NCBI RefSeq assembly: GCF_009914755.1
Contig: NC_060948.1
DNA length: 64,000 bases
Reading direction: 5' to 3' (one strand)
Origin: the human T2T-CHM13v2.0 reference genome, Homo sapiens
The translations under genes and the position numbers were made by a program. The notes below the pieces were generated by a model. The model was not told where the DNA came from. It did not search any database and worked only from the letters and a program-made list of their open reading frames with translations. This document shows, piece by piece, positions 42,758 through 55,396 of this stretch. Position 1 is the first letter of the stretch. Every line of letters begins with the position of its first letter.

Positions 42758-45700
42758 CAAAGGAATGGAATAGAATGGAATGGAATCGAATGGAAAGGAC
42801 TCGAATGGAAATCACTCGAATAGAATGCAATTTAATAAAATAGGATCAAATGTAATGGAATGGAATGGAAAGGAATCGAAACGAAAGGAATGGAGACAGA
42901 TGGAATGGAATGGAAGAGAGAGCAATGGTATAGAATGGAATGGAATCATCTAGAATGGAATTGAATGGAATGGAATAATATGAAATGGAATGGAATGGAA
43001 TGGAATGGAATGCCCTTGAATTAAATGGACTGGACTCAAACAGAGTGGAATGGAAAGTGTTGAGATAGAATGTAATGGACTCCTTTGGAATGGTCTAGTA
43101 TGCAATGCAATCGACTGGCAGGGAATCAAAAGGAATGTAATGGAATGGATTGGACTGGAATGCGATGGACTCGAATAGATTGGAAACGGAATGCAAAGGA
43201 ATGGAATGGAATAGTATGGAATGGAATGGAAAGGAATGGAGTGGAATAGACTAGAGTGGAATGGAATGGACTGGAAAGCAATGGACTGGAATGGAAGATT
43301 CTTGAATGGACTGGAATCAAACGGAATGGAATGCAATGCAATCAAATGGCATGGAATAAAATAGAATGAAAGAGAATCAAATGGAATTGAATCGAATGGA
43401 ATCGAATGGATTGGAAAGGAATAGAATGGAATGGAATGGAATTGACTCAAATGGAATGGAGTAGAATGGAATGGATTCGAATGGAAGGCAAAGGAATGGA
43501 ATCTATTGGAATGGACTGTAATGGAATTGAATGGAAAGGATTGGAATGGACTCGAATGGAATGGACTGCAATAGAAAGGATTCGAATGGAATGAAAAAGA
43601 ATTGAATGGAATAGAACAGAATGGAATCAAATCGAATGAAATGGAATGGAATAGAAAGGAATGGAATGAAATGGAATGGAAAGGATTCGAATGGAATGTA
43701 ATCGAATGGAATGGAATCGAACGGAATGGAATAAAATGGAAGAAAACTGGCAAGAAATGGAATCGAAATGAATGGAGTGTTATGGAACGGACTCAAAAGG
43801 AATTGAATGTAATAGAATGGAGTGGAGTGGACTCGAATATAATGGACTGGAATGGAATGAAATCACATGGAATGGGAACGAATGGAATGGAATGGAAAGG
43901 AATGGAATCGAATGGAAAGGAATCGAATGGAAGGGAATGAAACTGAATCAACAGGAATGGAAGGGAATAGAATAGACGGTAATGGAATGGACTCGAATAG
44001 AATGGACACGAATGCTCAAATTGAATGGACTCGAATGGAATGGAAACGAAAGGAATGTCATCGAATGGAATTGAATCGATTGGAATGAAATCGCATAGAA
44101 TGGAGTGGAATCAAATGGAATTGAATCGAAAGGAAAGGAAGCGAATGGACTGAAATGAAATGGAATGGAATTGAATGGAAAGTAATGCAATGGAATAGAA
44201 TGGAACGAAATTTCACGGAATGGAATCAAACTAAATGGAATCAAATCAATGGAATCAAATCAAATGGAATGGAAAGGAATTGAATGGAGTAGATTGGATT
44301 GGATGGGATTGGAATGAAATGTACTGGAAAGGACTCGAATTTCATGAAACGGAATGGAATGAATTGGAACGGAATGGACTCGAATGGAATGGAATGTCAT
44401 GGAATGGCATCAAATGGAATGGCATCAAATGGAATGGAATCGAATGCAATGGAATGCTATGGAATGGAATGGAATGCATTGGAATGGAATGTCCTCTAAT
44501 GGAATGGATTCGAGTGGAATGGAATCGAATATAATGGAGTCGAATGAAATGGAATTGAAAGGAATGGGATCGAATACAATGGAATATACTGGAATGTAAC
44601 GTAATGAACTCGAATGTAATTGACTGGAATGGAATGTACATGAATGGAATGTAATCGAATGGAAAGTAATCCAATGGAATAGAATCTAATGCAATAAAAT
44701 CGACTCAGATAGAGTAGAATGTAATGGAATGGAGTGCAGTGCAATGGAATGGAATGGAATGGAATGCAATGGAATGGAATGGAATGGGATGGAATGGAAT
44801 GGAATGGAATGGGATGGAATTGTATGGAATGGATAGTAATGGACTGGAGTGAAATGGACTGGAAAGGAATGGACTCAAATTGAAAGGGCTCGAAAGGAAT
44901 GGAGTCAAATGGAATGGTCTGGAATGGAATGAACACGAATGTAATGCAATCCAATAGAATGGAATCGAATGGCATGGAATATAAAGAAATGGAATCGAAG
45001 AGAATGGAAACAAATGGAATGGAATTGAATGGAATGGAATTGAATGGAATGGGAACGAATGGAGTGAAATTGTATGCAGTAGAAGAGAATAGAATGGAAT
45101 GCAAGCGAAAGGAAAGGAATGGATTGGAATGGAATGGAATTCATTGGAATGGAAGGGAATGTAGTGTAATGGACAGGCCTGGAATAAAGTGGAATGCTAC
45201 GGTCTCGAATGGAATAAAAATGTATGGAATGGAATTCAATGAAACGGAATCGAATGTCATAGAAAGTAATGGAATGCAACAAAATGGAATCCAAAATCAT
45301 TGACTGGAAAGGCTGGGTGTCGAAAGGAATTGACTCCAATGGAATGGAATCGAATGGAATGGAAGTGAATAGAATCGAACTAAATCGAATGGAATGGAAT
45401 TGATAGGAACGGAATGGAAAGGAATGCAGTGATTTGGCATGGAATGGAATCGAATGGCATCGAATGGAATGGAATGGAATGCAATGGAATGGAATGTATT
45501 AGAATGTAATGAACTTTAATGGAATGTACTCGAATGGATTCGACTGGAATGGAATGTTCTGGAAGTGAATGGACTCCAATGGAATGGATTCAAAAGGAAT
45601 GGAATCGTACGGAATGGAATCTAATGGAATGGAATTAAATGGAAATGAATCAAATTGAATAGCACGGAATTGAATTGAATGGAATGGAATGCAATGGAAT

Positions 45701-46311
45701 CTAATGAAACGGAAAGGAAAGGAATGGAATGGAATGAAATGGGCTGGAATGGAAAGGAATCGAAACGAATGGAATGGAATCGAACTGAAGAGACTGGAAT
45801 GGAATGCACTGGAATGGAAGGGAGTGTAATGGAAGGTTCTCGAAAAAAATGGAATCGAATGGAATGCAATTGAATGGAACGGAATAGAGTCGAATGCAAT
45901 TGAATGGAATGGAATGGACTAGAGTGAAATGGAATCGAACCACAAGGAATGGACAGGAATAGAATGGTCTCGAATTGAATGGAATCGTATGGAATGGCAT
46001 CAAACGGAATGGAATGGACAGCCACGGAATGGAATGCACTCGAATGCAATGGAGTCGAAACTAATGGACTGGAATAGAATGGACTCGACTGGTACGGACT
46101 CCAATGGAATGGAATCGAATGGAAGGGAATCGAACGGAATGGACTCGAAGGGAAAAGACTGCAATGGAAAGGTCTCGAATGGAATGGAAATTAATGGAAT
46201 GGAATGGAATCGAATGAAATGGAGTCAAAAGGAATGGAATCGAATGGCAAGAAATCGAATGTAATGGAATCGCAAGGAATTGATGTGAACGGAACGGAAT
46301 GGAATGGAATC
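42758..46311 (+). repeat. DYZ1 unit U13 (3554 bp)
   Basis: Landmark at 42780, next at 46334. Confidence 0.9.
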
Positions 46312-49300
46312 CAAAGGAATGGAATAGAATGGAATGGAATCGAATGGAAAGGACTCGAATGGAAATCACTCGAATAGAATGCAATTTAATAAAATAGGAT
46401 CAAATGTAATAGAATGGAATGGAAAGGAATCGAAACGAAAGGAATGGAGACAGATGGAATGGAATGGAACAGAGAGCAATGGTATAGAATGGAATGGAAT
46501 CATCTAGAATGTAATTGAATGGAATGGAATAATATGAAATGGAATGGAATGGAATGGAATGCCCTTGAATTAAATGGACTGGAATGGAATGGACTCGAAC
46601 AGAGTGGAATGGAAAGTGTTGAGATAGAATGGAATGGACTCCTTTGGAATGGTGTAGTATGCAATGCAATCGACTGACATTGAATCAAAAGGAATGTAAT
46701 CCAATGGATTGGACTGGAATGCAATGGACTCGAATACATTGGAAACGGAATGCAAAGGAATGGAATGGAATAGTATGGAATGGAATGGAAAGGAATGGAG
46801 TGGAATAGACTAGAGTGGAATGGAATGGACTCGAAAGCAATGGACTGGAATGGAACTTTCTTGAATGGACTGGAACCAAACGCAATGGAATGCAATGCAA
46901 TCAAATGGCATGGAATAAGATAGAATGAAAGAGAATCAAATGGAATTGAATGGAATGGAATCGAATGGATTGGAAAGGAATAGAATGGAATGGAATGGAA
47001 TTGACTCAAATGGAATGGACTAGAATGGAATGGATTCGAATGGAAGGCAAAGGAATGGAATCTATTGGAATGGACTGTAATGGAATGCAATGGAAGGGAT
47101 TGGAATGGACTCGAATGGAATGGACTGCAATAGAAAGGATTCGAATGGAATGAAAAAGAATTGAATGGAATAGAACAGAATGGAATCAAATCGAATGAAA
47201 TGGAATGGAATAGAAAGGAATGGAATGAAATGGAATGGAAAGGATTCGAATGGAATGCAATCGAATGGAATGGAATCGAACGGAATGGAATAAAATGGAA
47301 GAAAACTGGCAAGAAATGGAATCGAAATGAATGTAGTGTTATGGAACGGACTCAAAAGGAATTGAATGTAATAGAATGGAGTGGAGTGGACTCGAATATA
47401 ATGGACTGGAATGGAATGAAATCACATGGAAAGGGAAAGAATGGAATGGAATGGAAAGGAATGGAATTGAATGGAAAGGAATCGAACGGAAGTGAATGAA
47501 ATTGAATCAACAGGAATGGAAGGGAATAGAATAGACGGTAATGGAATGGACTCGAATAGAATGGACACGAATGCTCAAATTGAATGGACTCGAATGGAAT
47601 GGATACGAAAGGAATGTCATCGAATGGAATTGAATCGATTGGAATGAAATTGCATAGAATGGAGTGGAATCAAAAGGAATTGAATCGAAAGGAAAGGAAG
47701 CGAATGGACTGAAATGAAATGGAATGGAATTGAATGGAAAGTAATGCAATGGAATAGAATGGAACGAAATTTCACGGTATGGAATCAAACTGAATGGAAT
47801 AAAATCAATGGAATCAAATCAAATGGAATGGAAAGGAATTGAATGGAGTAGATGGGATTGGATGGGATTGGAATGAAATGTACTGGAAAGGACTCGAATT
47901 TCATGAAACGGAATGGAATGAATTGGAACGGAATGGACACGAATGGAATGGAATGTCATGGAATGGCATCAAATGGAATGGAATCGAATGCAATGGAATG
48001 CTATGGAATGGAATGGAATGCATTGGAATGGAATGTCCTCTAATGGAATGGATTCGAGTGGAATGGAATCGAATATAATGGAGTCGAATTAAATGGAATT
48101 GAAAGGAATGGGACCGAATACAATGGAATATACTGGAATGTAATGTAATGAACTCGAATGTAATTGACTGGAATGGAATGTACATGAATGGAATGTAATC
48201 GAATGGAAAGTAATCCAATGGAATAGAATCTAATGCAATAAAATCGACTCAAATAGAGTAGAATGTAATGGAATGGAGTGCAGTGCAATGGAATGGAATG
48301 GAATGGAATGCAATGGAATGGAATGGAATGGAATGGAATGGAATGGGATGGAATGGGATGGAATGGATAGTAATGGACTGGAGTGAAATCGACTGGAAAG
48401 GAATGGACTCAAATGGAAAGGGCTCGAAAGGAATGGAGACAAATGGAATGGAATGGAACAGAGAGCAATGGTATAGAATGGAATGGAATCATCTGGAATG
48501 GAATTGAATGGAATGGAATAATATGAAATGGAATGGAATGGAATGGAATGGAATGCCCTTGAATTAAATGGACTGGAATGGAATGGACTCGAACAGAGTG
48601 GAATGGAAAGTGTTGAGATAGAATGGAATGGACTCTTTTAGAATGGTCTAGTATGCAATGCAATCGACTGGCAGGGAATCAAAGGAATGTAATCGAATGG
48701 ATTGGACTGGAATGCAATGGACTCGAATAGATTGGAAACGGAATGCAAAGGAATGGAATGGAATAGTATGGAATGGAATGGAAAGGAATGGAGTGGAATA
48801 GACTAGAGTGGAATGGAATGGACTGGAAAGCAATGGACTGGAATGGAACTTTCTTGAATGGACTGGAATCAAACGGAATGGAATGCAATGCAATCAAATG
48901 GCATGGAATAAAATAGAATGAAAGAGAATCAAATGGAATTGAATCGAATGGAATCGAATGGATTGGAAAGGAATAGAATGGAATGGAATGGAATTGACTC
49001 AAATGGAATGGACTAGAATGGAATGGATTCGAATGGAAGGCAAAGGAATGGAATCTATTGGAATGGACAGTAATGGAATGGAATGGAAGGGATTGGAATG
49101 GACTGGAATGGAATGGACTGCAATAGAAAGGATTCGAATGGAATGAAAAAGAATTGAATGGAATAGAACAGAATGGAATCAAATCGAATGAAATGGAATG
49201 GAATGAAATGGAATGGAAAGGATTCGAATGGAATGCAATCGAATGGAATGGAATCGAACGGAATGGAATAAAATGGAAGAAAACTGGCAAGAAATGGAAT

Positions 49301-51848
49301 CGAAATGAATGTAGTGTTATGGAACGGACTCAAAAGGAATTGAATGTAATAGAATGGAGTGGAGTGGACTCGAATATAATGGACTGGAATGGAATGAAAT
49401 CACATGGAATGGGAACGAATGGAATGGAATGGAAAGGAATGGAATCGAATGGAAAGGAATCGAATGGAAGGGAATGAAATTGAATCAACAGGAATGGAAG
49501 GGAATAGAATAGACGGTAATGGAATGGACTCGAATAGAATGGACACGAATGCTCAAATTGAATGGACTCGAATGGAATGGAAACGAAAGGAATGTCATCG
49601 AATGGAATTGAATCGATTGGAATGAAATCGCATAGAATGGAGTGGAATCAAATGGAATTGAATCGAAAGGAAAGGAAGCGAATGGACTGAAATGAAATGG
49701 AATGGAATTGAATGGAAAGTAATGCAATGGAATACAATGGAACGAAATTTCACGGAATGGAATCAAACTGAATGGAATCAAATCAATGGAATCAAATCAA
49801 ATGGAATGGAAAGGAATTGAATGGAGTAGATTGGATTGGATGGGATTGGAATGAAATGTACTGGAAAGGACTCGAATTTCATGAAACGGAATGGAATGAA
49901 TTGGAACGGAATGGACTCGAATGGAATGGAATGTCATGGAATGGCATCAAATGGAATGGCATCAAATGGAATGGAATCGAATGCAATGGAATGCTATGGA
50001 ATGGAATGGAATGCATTGGAATGGAATGTCCTCTAATGGAATGGATTCGAGTGGAATGGAATCGAATATAATGGAGTCGAATGAAATGGAATTGAAAGGA
50101 ATGGGATCGAATACAATGGAATATACTGGAATGTAATGTAATGAACTCGAATGTAATTGACTGGAATGGAATGTACATGAATGGAATGTAATCGAATGGA
50201 AAGTAATCCAATGGAATAGAATCTAATGCAATAAAATCGACTCAGATAGAGTAGAATGTAATGGAATGGAGTGCAGTGCAATGGAATGGAATGGAATGGA
50301 AAGCAATGGAATGGAATGGAATGGAATGGAATGGAATGGAATGGAATGGGATGGAATGGTATGGAATGGATAGTAATGGACTGGAGTGAAATGGACTGGA
50401 AAAGAATGGACTCAAATTGAAAGGGCTCGAAAGGAATGGAGTCAAATGGAATGGTCTGGAATGGAATGAACACGAATGTAATGCAATCCAATAGAATGGA
50501 ATCGAATGGCATGGAATATAAAGAAATGGAATCGAAGAGAATGGAAACAAATGGAATGGAATTGAATGGAATGGAATTGAATGGAATGGGAACGAATGGA
50601 GTGAAATTGTATGCAGTAGAAGAGAATAGAATGGAATGCAAGCGAAAGGAAAGGAATGGATTGGAATGGAATGGAATTCATTGGAATGGAAGGGAATGTA
50701 GTGTAATGGACAGGCCTGGAATAAAGTGGAATGCTACGGTCTCGAATGGAATAAAAATGTATGGAATGGAATGCAATGAAAGGGAATCGAATGTCATAGA
50801 ATGTAATGGAATGCAAAAAAATGGAATCCAAAATCATTGACTGGAAAGGCTGGGTGTCGAAAGGAATTGACTCCAATGGAATGGAATCGAATGGAATGGA
50901 AGTGAATAGAATCGAACTAAATCGAATGGAATGGAATTGATAGGAACGGAATGGAAAGGAATGCAATGATTTGGCATGGAATGGAATCGAATGGCATCGA
51001 ATGGAATGGAATGGAATGCAATGGAATGGAATGTATTAGAATGTAATGAACATTAATGGAATGTACTCGAATGGATTCGACTGGAATGGAATGTTCTGGA
51101 AGTGAATGGACTCCAATGGAATGGATTCGAAAGGAATGGAATCGAACGGAATGGAATCTAATGGAATGGAATTAAATGGAAATGAATCAAATTGAATAGC
51201 ACGGAATTGAATTGAATGGAATCGAATGAAATGGAATCTAATGAAACGGAAAGGAAAGGAATGGAATGGAATGGAATGGGCTGGAATGGAAAGGAATCGA
51301 AACGAATGGAATGGAATCGAACTGAAGAGACTGGAATGGAATGCACTGGAATGGAAGGGATTGTAATGGAAGGTTCTCGAAAATAATGGAAGCAAATGGA
51401 ATGGAATTGAATGGAACGGAATAGAGTCGAATGGAATTGAATGGAATGGAATGGACTAGAGTGAAATGGAATCGAACCACAAGGAATGGACAGGAATAGA
51501 ATGGTCTCGAATTGAATGGAATCGTATGGAATGGCATCAAACGGAATGGAATGGACAGCCACGGAATGGAATGCACTCGAATGCAATGGAGTCGAAACTA
51601 ATGGACTGGAATAGAATGGACTCGACTGGTACGGACTCCAATGGAATGGAATCGAATGGAAGGGAATCGAACGGAATGGACTCGAAGGGAAAAGACTGCA
51701 ATGGAAAGGTCTCGAATGGAATGGAAATTAATGGAATGGAATGGAATCGAATGAAATGGAGTCAAAAGGAATGGAATCGAATGGCAAGAAATCGAATGTA
51801 ATGGAATCGCAAGGAATTGATGTGAACGGAACGGAATGGAATGGAATC
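46312..51848 (+). repeat. Fused DYZ1 units U14/U15 (5537 bp) with ~1545 bp internal deletion
   Basis: At 48425-48451 the sequence jumps from unit offset ~2144 (ggctcgaaaggaatggag) to offset ~125 of the next unit (…ggaacagagagcaatgg). GGCC sites are at 45176 and 50713, 5537 bp apart. Confidence 0.9.
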
Positions 51849-54800
51849 CAAAGGAATGGAATAGAATGGAATGGAATCGAATGGAAAGGACTCGAATGGA
51901 AATCACTCGAATAGAATGAAATTTAATAAAATAGGATCAAATGTAATGGAATGGAATGGAAAGGAATCGAAACGAAAGGAATGGAGACAGATGGATGGAA
52001 TGGAACAGAGAGCAATGGTATAGAATGGAATGGAATCATCTGGAATGGAATTGAATGGAATGGAATAATATGGAATGGAATGGAATGGAATGGAATGGAA
52101 TGCCCTTGAATTAAATGGACTGGAATGGAATGGACTCGAACAGAGTGGAATGGAAAGTGTTGAGATAGAATGGAATGGACTCCTTTGGAATGGTGTAGTA
52201 TGCAATGCAATCGACTGGCAGGGAATCAAAAGGAATGTAATGGAATGGATTGGACTGGAATGCAATGGACTCGAATAGATTGGAAACGGAATGCAAAGGA
52301 ATGGAATGGAATAGTATGGAATGGAATGGAAAGGAATGGAGTGGAATAGACTAGAGTGGAATGGAATGGACTGGAAAGCAATGGACTAGAATGGAACTTT
52401 CTTGAATGGACAGGAATCAAACGGAATGGAATGCAATGCAATCAAATGGCATGGAATAAAATAGAATGAAAGAGAATCAAATGGAATTGAATCGAATGGA
52501 ATCGAATGGATTGGAAAGGAATAGAATGGAATGGAATGGAATTGACTCAAATGGAATGGACTAGAATGGAATGGATTCGAATGGAAGGCAAAGGAATGGA
52601 ATCTATTGGAATGGACTGTAATGGAATGGAATGGAAGGGATTGGAATGGACTCGAATGGAATGGACTGCAATAGAAAGGATTCGAATGGAATGAAAAAGA
52701 ATTGAATGGAATAGAACAGAATGGAATCAAATCGAATGAAATGGAATGGAATAGAAAGGAATGGAATGAAATGGAATGGAAAGGATTCGAATGGAATGCA
52801 ATCGAATGGAATGGAATCGAACGGAATGGAATAAAATGGAAGAAAACTGGCAAGAAATGGAATCGAAATGAATGGAGTGTTATGGAACGGACTCAAAAGG
52901 AATTGAATGTAATAGAATGGAGTGGAGTGGACTCGAATATAATGGACTGGAATGGAATGAAATCACATGGAATGGGAACGAATGGAATGGAATGGAAAGG
53001 AATGGAATCGAATGGAAAGGAATCGAATGGAAGGGAATGAAATTGAATCAACAGGAATGGAAGGGAATAGAATAGACGGTAATGGAATGGACTCGAATAG
53101 AATGGACACGAATGCTCAAATTGAATGGACTCGAATGGAATGGAAACGAAAGGAATGTCATCGAATGGAATTGAATCGATTGGAATGAAATCGCATAGAA
53201 TGGAGTGGAATCAAATGGAATTGAATCGAAAGGAAAGGAAGCGAATGGACTGAAATGAAATGGAATGGAATTGAATGGAAAGTAATGCAATGGAATAGAA
53301 TGGAACGAAATTTCACGGAATGGAATCAAACTGAATGGAATCAAATCAATGGAATCTAATCAAATGGAATGGAAAGGAATTGAATGGAGTAGATTGGATT
53401 GGATGGGATTGGAATGATATGTACTGGAAAGGACTCGAATTTCTTGAAACGGAATGGAATGAATTGGAACGGAATGGACTCGAATGGAATGGAATGTCAT
53501 GGAATGGCATCAAATGGAATGGCATCAAATGGAATGGAATCGAATGCAATGGAATGTTATGGAATGGAATGGAATGCATTGGAATGGAATGTCCTCTAAT
53601 GGAATGGATTCGAGTGGAATGGAATCGAATATAATGGAGTCGAATGAAATGGAATTGAAAGGAATGGGATCGAATACAATGCAATATACTGGAATGTAAT
53701 GTAATGAACTCGAATGTAATTGACTGGAATGGAATGTACATGAATGGAATGTAATCGAATGGAAAGTAATCCAATGGAATAGAATCTAATGCAATAAAAC
53801 CGACTCAGATAGAGTAGAATGTAATGGAATGGAGGGCAGTGCAATGGAATGGAATGGAATGGAATGCAATGGAATGGAATGGAATGGAATGGAATGGAAT
53901 GGAATGGAATGGAATGGTATGGAATGGATAGTAATGGACTGGAGTGAAATGGACTGGAAAGGAATGGACTCAAATTGAAAGGGCTCGAAAGGAATGGAGT
54001 CAAATGGAATGGTCTGGAATGGAATGAACACGAATGTAATGCAATCCAATAGAATGGAATCGAATGGCATGGAATATAAAGAAATGGAATCGAAGAGAAT
54101 GGAAACAAATGGAATGGAATTGAATGGAATGGAATTGAATGGAATGGGAACGAATGGAGTGAAATTGTATGCAGTAGAAGGGAATAGAATGGAATGCAAG
54201 CGAAAGGAAAGGAATGGATTGGAATGGAATGGAATTCATTGGAATGGAAGGGAATGTAGTTTAATGGACAGGCCTGGAATAAAGTGGAATGCTACGGTCT
54301 CGAATGGAATAAAAATGTATGGAATGGAATGCAATGAAACGGAATCGAATGTCATAGAATGTAATGGAATGCAAAAAAATGGAATCCAAAATCATTGACT
54401 GGAAAGGCTGGGTGTCGAAAGGAATTGACTCCAATGGAATGGAATCGAATGGAATGGAAGTGAATAGAATCGAACTAAATCGAATGGAATGGAATTGATA
54501 GGAACGGAATGGAAAGGAATGCAATGATTTGGCATGGAATGGAATCGAATGGCATCGAATGGAATGCAATGGAATGGAATGTATTAGAATGGAATGAACT
54601 TTAATGGAATGTACTCGAATGGATTCGACTGGAATGGAATGTTCTGAAAGTGAATGGACTCCAATGGAATGGATTCAAAAGGAATGGAATCGTACGGAAT
54701 GGAATCTAATGGAATGGAATTAAATGGAAGTGAATCAAATTGAATAGCACGGAATTGAATTGAATGGAATGGAATGCAATGGAATCTAATGAAACGGAAA

Positions 54801-55396
54801 GGAAAGGAATGGAATGGAATGGAATGGGCTGGAATGGAAAGGAATTGAAACGAATGGAATGGAATCGAACTGAAGAGACTGGAATGGAATGCACTGGAAT
54901 GGAAGGGAGTGTAATGGAAGGTTCTCGAAAAAAATGGAATCGAATGGAATGGAATTGAATGGAACGGAATAGAGGCGAATGGAATTGAATGGAATGGAAT
55001 GGACTAGAATGAAATGGATTCGAACCACAAGGAATGGAGAGGAATAGAATGGTCTCGAATTGAATGGAATCGTATGGAATGGCATCAAACGGAATGGAAT
55101 GGACAGCCACGGAATGGAATGCACTCGAATGCAATGGAGTCGAAACTAATGGACTGGAATAGAATGGACTCGACTGGTACGGACTCCAATGGAATGGAAT
55201 CGAATGGAAGTGAATTGAACGGAATGGACTCGAAGGGAAAAGACTGCAATGGAAAGGTCTCGAATGGAATGGAAATTAATGGAATGGAATGGAATCGAAT
55301 GAAATGGAGTCGAAAGGAATGGAATCGAATGGCAAGAAATCGAATGTAATGGAATCGCAAGGAATTGATGTGAACGGAACGGAATGGAATGGAATC
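51849..55396 (+). repeat. DYZ1 unit U16 (3548 bp)
   Basis: Landmark at 51871, next at 55419. Confidence 0.92.
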
